From Mustelus asterias (lineage: Eukaryota), in contig NC_135826.1 in NCBI RefSeq assembly GCF_964213995.1, forward strand, positions 1,736,001 to 1,800,000: a stretch of 64,000 nt of DNA, given 5' to 3'. Both the position numbers and the translations under genes were made by a program. The notes under the pieces were generated by a model that had not been told where the DNA came from, ran no database searches, and saw only the letters and a program-made list of their open reading frames with translations. Below, in pieces: positions 50,727-63,685 of this stretch (position 1 is its first letter; each line of letters opens with the position of its first letter).

Positions 50727-51776
50727 TGCTTTTCTGGTTGGCGGATGGTAACTAGTGGCGTGCCGCAGGGATCGGTACTGGGGCCTCAACTATTTACCAT
50801 TTATATAGACGACCTGGAGGATGGAACTGAGTGTAGGGTAACAAAGTTTGCAGACGACTCAAAGATAAGTGGAAAAGTGAATCGTGTGGAGGGCGTAGAA
50901 GGTCTGCAGAGAGATTTGGACAGGCTGAGTGAGTGGGCGAGGATCTGGCAGATGGAGTATAACGTTAACAAATGCGAGGTTATTCACTTTGGAAGAAATA
51001 ATAGCAAATTGGATTATTATCTAAATGGAAAGAAATTACAACATGCTGCTGTGCAAAGGGACCTGGGGGTCCTTGTGCATGAGACGCAAAAACCCAGTCT
51101 GCAGGTGCAACAGGTGATCAAGAAGGCAAATGGGATGTTGGCCTATATCGCATGGGGGATAGAATATAAAAGCAGAGATGTCTTGCTGCATCTGTACAGG
51201 GCATTGGTGAGGCCGTAGCTGGAATACTGTGTGCAGTATTGGTCCCCTTATTTGCGGAAGGATATCTTGGCCTTGGAGGGAGTGCAGAGAAGGTTCACCA
51301 GGTTGATACCAGAGATGAGGGGTGTTGATTATGAGGAGAGACTGAGCAGATTGGGTTTGTATTCGTTGGAATTTAGAAGGCTGAGGGGGGATCTTATAGA
51401 GACCTATAAGATAATGAAGGGGCTGGATAGGGTAGAGGTGGAGAGATTTTTTCCACTTAGAAAGGAAACTAGAACTAGAGGGCACAGCCTCAAAATAAAG
51501 AGGGGTCAGTTTAGGACAGAGTTGAGGAGGAACCTCTTCTCTGAAGGTGGTAAATCTCTGGAATTCTCTGCCCACTGAAGTGGTGGGTGCTACCTCGTTG
51601 AATATGTTTAAATCACGGATAGATGGATTCCTGATCGGTAAGGGAATTAGAGGTTATGGGGATCAGGCGGGTAAGTGGAACTGATCCACTTCGGATCAGC
51701 CATGATCTTATTAAATGGCGGGGCAGGCTCGAGGGGCGAGATGGCCTACTCCTGCTCCTATTTCTTATGTTCTTAT
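50727..51776 (+). mobile_element. CR1 LINE (family 1) 3' fragment, sense to SAFB
   Basis: GVPQGSVLGP, FADD, one in-frame stop, 3' ttcttatgttcttatg. Confidence 0.9.
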
Positions 51777-52204
51777 GCGCCACCAAAATAAATTAGTTTG
51801 GGATAATTTGTTGATGCTTAAGAATTAGGTTGATATTTGTTCATTAGAGAGATTGTGGGTTGCATTTTCAAACAACAAAGCGGCAAGGAATATATTTAAA
51901 CAAGGTGATTAACATGTGTGGAAGAGAAGCACGTGTTTGAAAGATCATATGTAATCTGGATAGATTGTGTTTTCACATTTTAATTTTGCTAGTCTTGGCT
52001 CCAGTCAGAATTTCAGATGGCAACTGGCATAAAGACAAAATTGTGTAACTGCCTCAAAGACTTCCTGTTATTCTGTTTTTTGATGCTGAGAATGAAATGC
52101 CCAGTTTTCAGATTACTTGATGCATTTGCTCAATTCTTTTGGGCTAATATTGATCCAGAAATAAAAGCTTATTTAATTGCTAACGGTAATAACTTGTCAT
52201 TCAG

Positions 52205-52320
52205 GCCGATCTGGTAGCACCAGCCTTTCGGATGCTGCAGGCAAGAACCTTTGGGTGAGTGGCCTGTCCTCTGCCACCAGAGCAACCGACCTGAAGAACC
52301 TCTTCAGTAAATATGGCAAG
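52205..52320 (+). CDS. SAFB: SAFB coding exon 9 (RRM, RNP2)
   Basis: [27 protein letters not shown]; phase 1 to 0. Confidence 0.95.
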
Positions 52321-53400
52321 GTAATGGATATGAAAATCCTGAAGTTTTTAGTGGTTTGTAATGTGTGACGCATCTTTATAGGTTGATCTTTAGGTATAAA
52401 ACACTTAAGAATTTTTAGCTTATTAAATTCAAATAGAATAGGCGATTGGTACTGACTGGGTTCGTTTATGGAGACTCAGCATTGATTGGATGAGCTGAAT
52501 GCGCTCCTGTGTCTCCTGATTAATTTATTTTTGCCCAGGTGCAGAAAAGCAAAGATATTTGGCTGATGTCAACCAGCTTTCCATCCTTCATCTGCCCTTA
52601 ACTCCAGCTTGTATAAAACCTTTTGTTTCTATCCTGTAACGAGTTCAACTCGCTTATTACCCAAAGTCAATACTGACCTATGTTGGTTCCTGGTCCTCTG
52701 TCTCAAATTTAAAATAACTTCATTATCATAGAACTCACTATCTACGTAATTGCCATTAACACATCCTCTTTTCTGCTCATCTCAAAAATCTTCCTATCTT
52801 CCCTGAATGCTTTTAATTGTCAGAAAGCATTAGTTCAGATTAAAACAAACATTCTAGCAATTATGCTGCTGCAGTAGCATTAGAGGATGCCGGTTATAGT
52901 CCCAGCAGCACCAATAGGGACACCTTAGACACATGAATAAAATACATTTCCTACAGTGCAGAAAGAGGCCACTGGGTCCATTGAGTCTGCACCGGCAACA
53001 ATCCCACCCAGGCTCTATCCCCATATCCTCATATTTACCCTGTTAATCTCCCTGACACTAAGGGACATTTTAGTATTGCCAATCCACCTAACCTGCACAG
53101 CTTTGAACATTAGCCCATCGAATCTGCACTGACCTTTCAAAAGAGCACCCTTATTTCATCTCTCTTTTTGCTGCTTTTGCTAGAATTCATTTGACACTTG
53201 TTGATTTTTTAATTATGTCATGAGTCAAGTTTTAATGTGTGTAAAGATGTAGATTAACTGGTTTATTTTCTGAAGGACAGGCTATGCCGATAAATTGGTG
53301 AATATTCACTGACAGCTTTGCCAGTTGGCTGCTATGAGTTTTAGAATAAAGAAATTTGATTGTGTTCTGTTAACTTGAATGTGATTCTTTTTCTGTATAG

Positions 53401-53550
53401 GTGGTTGGTGCAAAGGTAGTGACTAATGCTCGCAGTCCTGGAGCACGTTGCTATGGATTTGTGACCATGTCAACCAGTGAGGAGGCAACAAAATGTATCG
53501 GCAATCTGCACAGAACAGAGCTGCATGGGCGAATGATCTCTGTGGAGAAG
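53401..53550 (+). CDS. SAFB: SAFB coding exon 10 (RRM, RNP1)
   Basis: [50 protein letters not shown]; phase 0 to 0. Confidence 0.96.
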
Positions 53551-54755
53551 GTGAGTGCAAAGTAGCATAGGATAAATTCAAATAGTGCTGGACAATAACT
53601 GGTTCATTAGTATCTATACAGATAAATTAATGGTTATATTTCAAATAGACCTTTGGCACTCAGTAGTAGCTGAAAATTTCATTGATGAGATTTATTTAGA
53701 ATTGATCAGGAATATCATTGGGCAAAATGTTATAGTTAATGAAACTGTTTGAAATTTCCAAGTGTTTTCAGTGATTGATGTTTAACTTGATGTTTAACTC
53801 GGATCTCCACAATTCCTTCAGAGTGCTATGGTGAAGATAAAAATAAAATATGTTTCAGGAAATGGCTAACAGCCATATGGTGTATCTTTTGAGTAATCTA
53901 AAGTCTGTAGTGATTAATTTTTTAAACCATTTCATTGATTGCTAAGCATCTGACTCTATATTTAAGATTCTAGGGCAATGCTGCCAAGTCTGACAGGGTT
54001 GACAATTTTGTTTAATAAGACACATTTGCGAAAAGTAACCAATATTTTGGCAGCTATGAAAATTTTCTGGTTCTATTCTCCAAATCTGGCAGTGCATGTT
54101 ACTCCAGGACTGTTGCTCCGCCTTGTCTTAGACCTGCATTGTATCTGTACATGTTGAGCAGGGAGCCACTGCCCATTGCTTATCCAGTTTTGGGTGGCAT
54201 ACTGTGGCTCCGGAATCTTTCCTACAAATGGCATTCTGTGCTGAAACATCAGGCCAACACAATCTTTCAGTCACACTTTATTCTTTTCCTCCATCGCCAC
54301 CTCTGTGAACCTGTTAAAGAAACTCTGTGCAAGCTATTTTGACCCAGATTGGGTGTAAACTAAAGGGATGCAAGGCACCATGTGGCAACCAATAGCCAGT
54401 GAGGTGAACTGAAATATGAGATGTTAGTGTGACTTGTCACTGAAAGCAGAGTAATTTGCTGTGTGTGAATTATATTGAGTGGTAGATTGACAAAAGCACG
54501 GGAGACTTGGAGAAGCAATGGGATGCAGAAAGGCGCAGAGTCCAAAAATACAGAAAATAGCAAGAAAAGTGTCCACCAAGTTTGAGAAAGTCTGAATTAG
54601 AGAATGAGAAATAAGCAGAACTTTGTGGAAAGACTATTCCTGTTGTTTCAGGTGAACAATGCAAGTCATCTGCCAGCTCAGAATATGACTTGTTGTAGGA
54701 TAGGGTTGCTGTGGTTGCTTTAAGTAGATAAATTATAAAATTGTTTTGTTTTCAG

Positions 54756-54880
54756 GCTAAAAATGAGCCTTCAGGTAAAAAACCAGATAAGAAGGACGAC
54801 TCAAAAAAGGATCCAAAGTCAGCTTCAAACCGAGAACTCAGTGGTGATAGGCGCCATTCTGCAGAGTCTAAAACTGACAA
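54756..54880 (+). CDS. SAFB: SAFB coding exon 11
   Basis: AKNEPSGKKPDKKDDSKK...ESKTD; phase 0 to 2; donor gtaagt. Confidence 0.9.
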
Positions 54881-55264
54881 GTAAGTGATCTGTTAAAAAA
54901 AAATGATGCTTTGGTAGCCTTTTCTGAAATGGTCAGTGTGATATTACTAGGTGCTGAATGTTACATAACCCGTAATTAGACCAAAACTTAATAGCTAATG
55001 GCAGTCAAGACAGAAAAAATCATGAGATAGAAAAGGCATGTAGGAAAGGCAATATTACAGTAATCATGGGGGATTTCAATATGTAGGTGGACTGGGAAAA
55101 TCAAGTTGGTAGCGGGTCCCAAGGTAAAGAATTTGTGGAATGTCTATGGGGTGGTCTTTTGGACTAGCTTGTGCTAGAACCCACGAGGGAACAGGCACTT
55201 CTTGATCTGGTAATGTGTAATGAGGCAGACTTGATCAGAGAACTTGAGGTGAAGGAACTCCTAA

Positions 55265-55540
55265 TGGTGGCACAGTGGTTAGCACTGCTGCCTCACAACG
55301 CCCGGAACCCAGGTTCGATTCCTGGCTTGGGTCACTGTCTGTGTGGAGTTTGCATGTTCTCCCCGTGTCTGCATGAGTTTCCTCCGGGTGCTCTGGTTTT
55401 CTCCCACAGTCTGAAAGACGTGCCGGTTAGGTGCATTGACCTGAACAGGTGCCGGAGTATGGCGACTAGAGGAATTTCACAGTAACATTGCAGCGTTAAT
55501 ATAAATCTTAGTTGTGACTAATAAATAAACTTTAACTTTA
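55265..55540 (+). mobile_element. V-SINE with alternative tail
   Basis: Head and V-domain, then gactagaggaatttcacagtaac...gttgtgactaataaataaac. Confidence 0.75.
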
Positions 55541-56339
55541 AGCCCCTTGGGGGGCAGTGACCACAATATGATAGAATTCACCTTGAAGTTTGAGAGGGAG
55601 ACGTTAGAATCGGATATAACATTGCCACAGTTGAGTAAAAGAAACTACAAAGCCATGAGGCAGGAGCTGGCCAGATTTGATTGGAAAGGGAACCTAGCAG
55701 GAAAGGCTGAAACAACAGTGGCAGGTGTTTTTGGGGATAATTCAAAAGTCACAACATAAATTCATTCCAAGGAAGAGGAAGCATGTTATGGGGACGATGA
55801 GGCAACCATGGCTGACAAGGGAAGTCAGGGATATCATAAAAGCAAAGGAAAGAGAATACCGTAAGGCGAGGAATAGTGGAAAGCCTTTAAAAGCAAGCAG
55901 AGGACAACTAAAAAAACATAAGGGTGGAGAAGATAAAATATGAGGGTAAGCTAGCTAGTAATATAAAAGATTGCAAGAGTCTTTTTTAGATATATAAAAG
56001 GTAAGATAGAGCCAAGAATGGACATTGGACCGCTGGAAAATGAGGTTGGAGAAGTAGTAATGGGGGACAAAGAAATGGCAGAAGAACTGAATGGGTACTT
56101 GTATCAGTCTTCATGGTGGAAGACCCCAATAACATGCCAGAATTTCAAGAGAGTCAGGGGACTGAGGTAAATGCAGTGGCCTTCACTAAGGAGAAGATGC
56201 TAGGGAAGTTGAAAGGTCTGAAGTTGGATAAATCACCCGGACCAGATGGACTACGCCCCAGTGTTCTGAAGGAAATAGCTGAAGAGATTGTGGAGGTAAT
56301 GGTGGTGATCTTTCAGGAATCACTTGAGTCAGGGAAGGT

Positions 56340-56477
56340 ATGATGTGGAGATGCCAGTGTTGGACTGGGGTAAGCACAGTAAGAAGTCTCACAACACCAG
56401 GTTAAAGTCCAACAGGTTTATTTGGTGCTACCAAATAAACCTGTTGGACTTTAACCTGGTGTTGTGAGACTTCTTAC
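56340..56477. mobile_element. Family A Penelope-type fold-back insertion (about 48 bp arms), 11 bp TSD
   Basis: tcagggaaggt at 56329-56339 and 56478-56488; truncated before the hammerhead. Confidence 0.88.
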
Positions 56478-57623
56478 TCAGGGAAGGTGTCAGAGGACTG
56501 GAAAAAGGCTAATGTAACACCCCTGTTTAAGAAGGGAAGGAGGGAGAAGATGGGAAATTATAGGCCAATTAGCCTGACCTTGGTTGTGGATAAGATCTTG
56601 GACTCCATTATTAAGGATGAAATTGCGGAGTGCTTGGAATTGCATGGTAAAATAGGGCTGAGCCAGCATGGCTTCGTCAAAGGGAGGTCATGTCTGGCAA
56701 ATCTGTTACAAATTTTTTGAGGTAACAAAGGAGTTAGAAAAGGATAGCCAGTGGACTTGATTTATTTGGATTTCCAGAAAGCCTTTGACAAGGTGCCTTA
56801 CAGAAGGCTGCTAAATAAGCTTAGACGCAAGGTACTGGTATGGATAGAAGATTGGGTGACAGACAGAAGGGAGAGTGTGGGGATAAGGGGGTTCTTTTCA
56901 GGATGGCCACCGGTGACTAATGATGTTCCACAGGGGTCAATGTTGGGGCCACAACTTTTCACTATATGCATTAATGATCTGGACGATGGAACTGAGGGCA
57001 TGGTTGCTAAATTTGCGGATTGTACAAAGATATGTAGAGGAAGTGGGCAGGCTACAGGTTTGGAGAGTGAGCAAAGAAGTGGTAGATGAAATACAATGTG
57101 GGAAAGTGAGAGGTTATGCACTTTGGTCGGAAGAATAGAGCGTAGACTATTTTCTAAATGGGGAAAGGTTTCAAAAATCTGAAGCACAAAAGGGCTTGGG
57201 AGCCCTGGTTCAGGACACTCAAGATTAACGTGCAGGTTCAGTTGGCAGTTAGGGAGGCAAATTCAGTGTTAGCATTCATTTCTCAAGGGCTAGATTACAA
57301 GAACAGGGGTGTACTGCTGAGGCTGTATACGGCTCTGGTCAGACCCCATTTGGAGTATTGTGAGCAGTTTTGGACCCCATATCTAAGGAAGGATGTGTTT
57401 CCCCTGGAGGGGGTCCAGAGGAGGTTCAGGAATGAAGGGTTTGTCATATGAGGAGCGGTTGAGGAGTCTGGATCTATACTTGATGGAGTTTAGAAGGAGG
57501 AGGGGGGTCTTACAGAATACTGAGAGACCTAGATAGAGTGGACGTGGAGAGGACGTTTCCACTAGTGAGAGAGACCAGAACTCAAGAACACAACCTCAAC
57601 TTCAGAGTGAAGGGACGTTCCTT

Positions 57624-58446
57624 GGGTGGCAGATGGAGTTTAATGCAAATGGTGGCAAATGGAGTTTAATGTGGAAAAGTGTGAGGTGATTCACTTTGGA
57701 AGGAGTAACAGGAATACAGAGTACTGGGCTAATGGTAAGATACTTGCTAGTGTGGATGAACAGAGGGATCTGGGTGTCCATGTGCATAGGTCCCTGAAAG
57801 TTGGCACCCAGGTTGATAGGGTTGTTAAGAAGGCGTACGGTGTGTTAGCTTTTATTGGTAGAGGGATTGAGTTTCGGAGCCAGGAGGTCATGTTGCAACT
57901 GTACAAAACTCTGGCGTGGCCGCATTTGCAGTATTGCGTACAGTTCTGGTCGCCATATTATAGGAAAGATGTGGAAGTGTTGGAAAGGGTGCAGAGGAGA
58001 TTTACCAGGATGTTGCCTGGTATGGTGGGAAAATCGTATGAGGAAAGGCTGAGGGGCTTGAGGTTGTTTTCGTTAGAGAGAAGAAGGTTAAGAGGTGACT
58101 TAATAGAGGCATACAAGATGATCAGAGGATTAGATAGGGTGGATAGTGAGAGCCTTTTTCCTCGGATGGTGTTGGCTAGCACAAGGGGACATAGCTTTAA
58201 ATTGAGGGGTGAGAGATATAGGACAGATGTTGGAGGTAGGTTCTTTACTCAGAGTAGTAAGGGCGTGGAATGCCCTGCCTGCAGCAGTAGTGGACTCGTC
58301 AACATTAAGAGCATTCAAATGGTTATTGGATAAACATATGGATGATATTGGAATAGTGTAGATTAGAGGGGCTTTAGATTGGTTTCACAGGTCGGCGCAA
58401 CATCGAGGGCCGAAGGGCCTGTACTGCGCTGTAATGTTCTATGTTC
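57624..58446 (+). mobile_element. CR1 LINE (family 2) 3' fragment
   Basis: ORF 57659-58333; gttcctt on both sides. Confidence 0.88.
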
Positions 58447-58458
58447 CTTTAAAACTGG

Positions 58459-61400
58459 AATCATAAAATCCTAAAGTGCAGAAGGAGGCCATTTGGCCCA
58501 TCAAGTTTGCACCGACCACAATCCCACCCAGGCCCTACCCCCATAACTGGAGGCATTTACCCTAGCTAGTCTCCCTGACTCTAAAGGGGCAATTTAGCAT
58601 GGTCAATCCACCTAACCTGCACATCAGGCATTTAGGAAGAATAGACAGGAAGGAAAAGGTGGTGGGGTATCTCTGTTAATAAAAGATAACATCAGGGTAG
58701 TAGTGAGGGATGACATAGGCTCTAAGGAACAAAACATGGAATCGTTATGGGTAGAGATAAGGAATAGTAGGGGGAGAAGGACACTAGTAGGCGTGGTCTA
58801 TAGGCCCCCAAATAATAATGTTGAGGTGGGGAGGGCTATAAACAAGCAAATAATGGATGTGTGCAAAAACGGAACGGCAAAAATCATGGGGGACTTCAAC
58901 CTGCATATTGATTGGCTGACTCAAGTTGGAAGGGGTGGGATGGCGGAAGAGTTCTTAGAATGCTGTCGGGATAGTTACCTTGAACAGTATGTTACAGAAC
59001 CGACGAGGGAACGAGTTATCTTCGATCTGGTAATGTGTAACGAGGTAGGTAGAATTAAGGATGTTTTTGTGAAGGACCCTCTTGGGTCAAGTGATCACAA
59101 TATGGTCGGACTTCTGGTACAAATGGAAGAGGAGAAAGTAGGGTCCCATACCACTGTCCTCTGTTTGAACAGAGGGAAGTACGATAGGATGAGGGCTGAA
59201 TTGGCTACGGTGGACTAGGAGAGCAGACTGGTAGGTAGGACAGCTGAGGAACAGTGGAGGATTTTTAAGGAGATCCTTTTCAGTACTCAGCAACAATATA
59301 TTCCAGGAATAAAGAAGGACTGTAAGAAAAGGGATAACCAGCCGTGGATAACGAAAGAAATTAAGGAGAGTATTAAATTAAAGACTGATGCGTACAGAGT
59401 GGCCAAAAATAGTGGAGAATCGGAAGATTGGGAAAACATTAAGAAACAACAAAGAACGACTAAGAAAGCGATAAAGCAAGGAAAGATAGGTTATGAAGCT
59501 AGGCTAGCTCTAAATATAAAAATTGATAGTAAAAGCTTTTGCAAATATATAAAAAGTGGCAAGAGTGAATGTTGGACCTTTGGAGGGCGAGTAGGGGGAT
59601 TTAATAGTGGGAAATGAGGAAATGGCTGAAACTTTAAATAAGTTTTTTGTGTCTGTCTTCACGGTGGAAGACACAAATAGTTTACCGAATATTAACGATA
59701 GAGGGTTGGAGGAGGAGAGGTACTCAATACAATTAATGTTACCAGGGAGGCAGTGCTTGGTAGACTAACGGGACTGAAGGTGGACAAGTCCCCGGGCCCG
59801 GATGGAATGCATCCCAGGGTACCGAAAGAAATGTCAGAGGTAATAGCGGATGCGTTAGTGGTTATTTATCAAAATTCGTTGGATTCTGGGGTAGTGCCGG
59901 CAGATTGGAAAACGGCTAATGTTACGCCGATGTTTAAAAAAGGAAATAGACAAAAGGCGGATAACTACAGGCCGGTTAGCTTAACGTCTGTAGGTGGGAA
60001 AACGCTGGAATCCATCATTAAAGAAGAAATAGCAGGCCATCCGGATAAGAATGGTTCGATTAAGCAGACACAGCAACGATTCATGAGGGGAAAGTCGTGC
60101 TTGACGAACTTGTTGGATTTTTATGAAGATGTGACTAGTGCGGTTGACGGAGGGGAACCGGTGGATGTGGTGTTTTTGGATTTCCAAAAGGCGTTTGATA
60201 AGGTGCCTCACAAAAGGTTGCTGAAGAAGATTGGGTCACACGGTGTTGGGGGTAGGGTGTTAGCGGGGATTGGCTATCCGACAGGAAGCAGAGAGTCGGA
60301 ATAAATGGGTGCTTTTCTGGTTGGCAGATGGTAACTAGTGGCGTGCTGCAGGGATCGGTACTGGGGCCTCAACTATTTACCATTTATATAGACGATCTGG
60401 AGGAGGGGACGGAGTGTAGAGTAACAAAGTTTGCAGACGACACAAAGATAAGTGGAAAAGTGAATCGTGTGGAGGGCGTAGAAGGTCTGCAGAGAGACTT
60501 GGACAGGCTGAGTGGGTGAGGATCTGGCAGATGGAGTATAACGTTGACAAATGCAAGGTTATTCACTTTGGAGGAAATAATAGCAAATAGGATTATTTTC
60601 TAAATGGAAAGAAATTACAACATGCTGCTGTGCAAAGGGACCTGGGGGTCCTTGTGCATGAGACGCAAAAACCCAGTCTGCAGGTGCAACAGGTGATCAA
60701 GAAGGCAAATGGGATGTTGGCCTATATCGCAAGGGGGATAGAATATAAAAGCAGAGATGTCTTGCTGCATCTGTACAGGGCATTGGTGAGGCCGCAGCTG
60801 AAATACTGTGTGCAGTATTGGTCCCCTTATTTCCGGAAGGATATATTGGCCTTGGAGGGAGTGCAGAGAAGGTTCACCAGGTTGATACCAGAGATGAGGG
60901 GTGTTGATTATGAGGAGAGACTGAGCAGATTGGGTTTGTACTCATTGGAATTTAGAAGGCTGAGGGGGGGGATCTTATAGAGACTTATAAGATAATGAAG
61001 GGGCTAGATAGGGTCGAGGTGGTGAGATTCTTTCCACTTAGAAAAGAAGCTAGGACTAGAGAGTACAGCCTCAAAATAAAGGGGGGTCAGTTTAGGGCAG
61101 AGTTGAGGAGGAACTACTCCTCTGAGGGTGGTGAATCTCTGGAATTCTCTGCCCACTGAAGTGGTGGAGGCTACCTCGTTGAATATGTTTAAATCACGGA
61201 TAGATGGATTCCTGATCGGTAAGGGAATTAGGGGTTATGGGGATCAGGCGGGTAAGTGGAACTGATCCACTTCAGATCAGCCATGATCTTATTGAGTGGC
61301 GGGGCAGGCTCGAGGGGCTAGATGGCCTACTCCTGTTCCTATTTCTTACGTTATCTTTCGACTGTGGGAGGAAACTCACACAGATATGAGGAGAATGTGC

Positions 61401-61482
61401 AAACTCCACGCAGTGACCCGAGGCCAGGAATCGAACCCAGCCCCTGGCGCTGAGGCAGCAGTACTAACCACTGTGCCTCCCT
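58459..61482 (-). mobile_element. V-SINE split into 58459-58625 and 61352-61482 by a CR1 insertion
   Basis: cctaacctgcacatc | atctttcgactgtgggagg rejoin into one SINE. Confidence 0.75.
58626..61351 (+). mobile_element. CR1 LINE (family 1), 2.7 kb, EN plus RT with several frameshifts
   Basis: Collinear with the reverse complement of 4091-6733. Confidence 0.92.
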
Positions 61483-62064
61483 TTTGATGATGAGGAATTT
61501 CTTCAGCCAGAGGGTGGTGAATCTGTGGAACTCATTACCACAGAGGGCTGTGGAGGCCAGATCATTGAGTGTCTTTAAGACAGAAATAGATAGGTTCTTG
61601 ATCAATAAGGGAATCTAGGGTTAAAGGGAGAAGGCAGGAGAATGGGGATGAGAATCATATCAGCCATGATTGAATGGCGGAGCAGACTCGATGGACTGAA
61701 TGGCCTAATTCTACTCCCACATCCAATGGTCTACTCAGTTATTAATTATGCAGATATCTCTCGACCTTTCAAAATAAAACACAACTCTTGATTTGTGTCG
61801 GATGAAACCTCCGTGGAACATAAAAAATCTCAGGAAAAACTTGTGTTATGGGGATGAGTGCCTGACCTGAAAATGGTTAGTGCTGGGAAGGGAGAAAAGT
61901 CCTAGGTCATTCCACACATCGATGTATAGAGAAACTAGCTGACAAGCACTGACAAACAGTGAATTAATGAAGTTCTGCCACATATTTTCCTTTATGTATC
62001 AACCATGTATAGTTTATGCCAAACACTACATGCTGTTTAAGAGTCAAATGCAATTTTGCTTCAG

Positions 62065-62216
62065 GCCTAGCAGCGGGAAGAAAGATGATAAAAGAGAAGA
62101 CTCCAAAAAATTAGATGACAGGAAGAAAGATTCAAAAGATGAAAAGCGAGATGACAAAAAAGATTCAAAAAATGACCGGAAGACTGGATCCTCGCATGCT
62201 GGTGGAAGCAGATCAG
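62065..62216 (+). CDS. SAFB: SAFB coding exon 12 (K/D-rich)
   Basis: PSSGKKDDKREDSKK...GGSRS; phase 2 to 1. Confidence 0.85.
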
Positions 62217-62488
62217 GTACGACATATTGAGTATCTGTTGGGAGGGGATGCAGTCTTTAAATGCTCTTCACGTAAGTAGATGACATGATGGGTTCATCTA
62301 AGCTGGAGTGGTGCGAATAGGATCTTACTGTCACATCTCTTGTTGCATAGGTTCAGACAGCTTGATGTCTAGCTTTGAAAGCAGTTTAGGATTAACTTCA
62401 CGTGTTTTTTTACACTGGAATTGAACTCCTGTGTGGATATTATTCTGAAATTGACTTGCACAGTAGATAAAGTATGCATTCTTTTCAG

Positions 62489-62577
62489 GAAGTCGAGGCT
62501 CAGAGAGAATAGTAGTGATGGATAAATCTAAGGGAGAACCAGTCATCAGTGTGAAAACAAAGTCCAAAGATGATTCA
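62489..62577 (+). CDS. SAFB: SAFB coding exon 13 (gene continues beyond the window)
   Basis: SRGSERIVVMDKSKGEPVISVKTKSKDDS, with the conserved SAFB VVMDKSKG motif; phase 1 to 0. Confidence 0.92.
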
Positions 62578-63685
62578 GTAAGTATTCTTAATTGTTCTAC
62601 TCAACCAAGGCAATTGCACAGCTCAGTCAAGATTATTTTGTGTCTCCTTCCAAACTATTGCAATCCAGTACAATACATTAAATCATATCAAAGGATGGAG
62701 AACTTTTTGAAAAAATTCTGTTTTTGTGATGAGATATTTGGAGTGGAAGATCTTTGCCATCAAATATTCCCAGGAAAAGTATGATGAGACAATACAAAGC
62801 TTTCTCTCTCTTCTACCCAGCTCAGCCTTAAACACAACTCGTACTCCATTAGATACGTTATCTCATGATAGCTGACGATGATCCCCAAGTGAGATTGCCT
62901 TCCATCGTTCTTAAGATCAAATTTGAAATCAATTTTTCCTTTAGTTGCTCAGTTTATTTGATTCTACATTGAACTTATAATCTAAGATCATTAACAATTA
63001 GCTAATCATTCTCAGTGATTGTCAATATCATTAATTCAGGATGAATATCTGGTGAACTAACTAAGGTAGCACTGGACCTTTGGTGTCTGTGCTTTTGTAA
63101 AATTGCTTCCATGAACTTCAAAGTGTATATTCATGGTTAGAAGGCTCGGTCATATTGGAATTTGAGATTAGAAATTAAGTGAATTTCAGGTAATTTGTAA
63201 TCATGACCTGAAACTAGGATCAGATGTAGGCATTAATCATATTGATGCCTTTCTCATTACAGCTGGTAGTTATAAGTTGCATGGCTGTAGATTTATAATG
63301 GGAGCTAGACCATGCTTCCTTTATAGTATTTTCCATGCTAAATCAAGTTACTGCTCCAAACCATTGTCTGGCCTGGATCCTCAATAGGCCAGTTTCACTG
63401 ATGGGGGCAGCACAGCTGTTGAATTGTATGTTAGATTTTCACCGGTGGCAAAGTAAGGGCCCATTTTCTGTTCCAGGGCTGATTTGTGTATAGATAACCA
63501 CCTGATAGTGGTAGATGCAGGAGGTGCCATCGAAGTTACAAGATACTTGGATATGTACTTGGAGGTGCTGTAACCTACAGGGCTATGGACCAAGAGCTGG
63601 CAGTTGGGATTAGGCTGGAAAACTTTCTTTCTATCGGCATGGACACAATATGCCTTTTCTATCTAAGAAGCTGGTCGTAAAGCCG

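Larger units (their letters stand above)
55000..61730 (+). mobile_element. Old CR1 LINE ORF2 (55000-57623, 58447-58458, 61487-61730) hosting several nested insertions
   Basis: Frameshifted EN and RT peptides run collinearly across the insertion points and end in a CR1 3' UTR near 61730. Confidence 0.82.

Noticed and set aside
12069-56488. Recurrent palindromic repeats as a CRISPR array or REP-like elements
   Set aside because: Dispersed, no spacer periodicity, eukaryotic context, and termini identical to the Penelope element.
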